NCBI GenBank assembly: GCA_965644295.1
Contig: CBFFRP010000132.1
Span: 62,001 to 126,000 of the forward strand
Direction: 5' to 3'
Length of the DNA stretch: 64,000 nt
Source of the DNA: Paraphysomonas bandaiensis
Lineage: Eukaryota > Protista > Chrysophyceae
Below the pieces are notes generated by a model. The model was not told the origin of the DNA and made no database searches. It saw only the letters and a list, made by a program, of their open reading frames with translations. Shown piece by piece: positions 63,051 through 64,000 of the stretch; position 1 is the stretch's first letter, and every line of letters begins with the position of its first letter. The position numbers were made by a program, and so were the translations under genes.

Positions 63051-63610
63051 CCACAAATAGTGATGATTATGGCTAATCAATTTTACATTTTTTTCTGTGA
63101 GTGTCTGCCGGTGTGGTCTGATTACCAGTCCACTTTATCGTAATTGGTGTGATACTCATTGGACCATCTTTATAAAACCAGTACTACTCTAGTCCTCTAG
63201 TGTGATGATATACCCCTAAAGGATATGTGGTATTGACTGGTGAACCTGAAAGAGAACAGACGAATGTAAGGAAGACACTAGTTAGATTCATAATTATAAT
63301 AATGCTTTCTTTATAAACCAAGCAAGTATAAAGTGTACATAGTACAAGGTTAACTTCAGTGATATGTACAACTCTACCGCAATACTACTTCTATTTCAAT
63401 ACACTTGGGCACCTACATGTGATAGTAGAATTCTGGTGATATATACGAAAAAAGGTCATATTATATAGTTTGCTAAAGCACTATAAAATTATTACACATA
63501 TCGGGTGTTCAGCTTCGCAACGCTGCGACTCATACTGACGATATTTTAATGCATGGTTCCATAAAAGACACGTGGGAGAGTACTGATGGTATTGGCAAAA
63601 CTTCTACTTT

Positions 63611-64000
63611 CTAATAGTCGTACAATTTCAAGAACATTGTCTTTAATTGGCGCGCTTCAAAAGCCACATTATGCGTTTCCGGATCGGGTGGGACTTCTCC
63701 ATTTCCAGTGTCAATATGAGGTCCCAGTGTTGTTGCGATATTCTTGCCTGCAGCTTCGGCTTTTTCCAAAAATTCTAATATTTCATTCATAGAGGAGTCC
63801 TACGAAAGTGTTAAGTCACATAGCCTAACTACTACAATTGGAGTAGTCGTACTTTGATAATAAGCATGTGCTTAGCCATATTTTCCGCAAGAGCCAGGAA
63901 ACATCTCTTCGCATAATACCACCTGTGGAGAAGATGCCAATGAACAAGGACTTTCAAAACAATTAATATTACGTGTCCATATGCAGCTTCTTGTCATACG
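63611..64000 (-). CDS. TTC30: Intraflagellar transport protein IFT70/TTC30 (DYF-1), last three exons; 5' part lies outside the window
   Basis: Not in the ORF track. Splicing introns 63923-63972 and 63800-63852 gives YDKKLHMDTWYYAKRCFLALAENMAKHMLIIKDSSMNEILEFLEKAE...NVAFEARQLKTMFLKLYDY*, matching the TTC30 C-terminus. Confidence 0.9.

Overview
Eukaryotic nuclear DNA from a flagellated organism, most likely a protist: it has an IFT70/TTC30 gene and short (~45-60 nt) spliceosomal introns. Some features resemble stramenopiles, but taxonomy cannot be fixed from this window. About 16 protein-coding genes are supportable, mostly in head-to-head (divergent) pairs. The gaps at gene 3' ends are filled with transposon debris: a young chromoviral Ty3/Gypsy element with identical LTRs, LINE and Copia relics, a Harbinger element, hAT- and piggyBac-like MITEs, and a multi-copy SINE-like family that shares its 3' tail with the LINEs. 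Two observations stand out. (1) All four long (TATG)n/(CATA)n arrays (0.43-0.9 kb) lie between the start codons of a divergent gene pair and occur nowhere else, suggesting a microsatellite-based bidirectional promoter or 5'-leader system. (2) The gene at 58155-61331 fuses an intact caspase-like CHAT protease, a STAND/NB-ARC NTPase and a STAT-type linker-SH2 module, an NLR-like architecture with a putative phosphotyrosine sensor. Also notable are two inverted giant triple-GT92-like glycosyltransferase paralogs sharing a 247-bp conversion tract, and a probable self-priming (tRNA-independent) LTR element. All domain calls come from motif recognition by eye, with no database searches.
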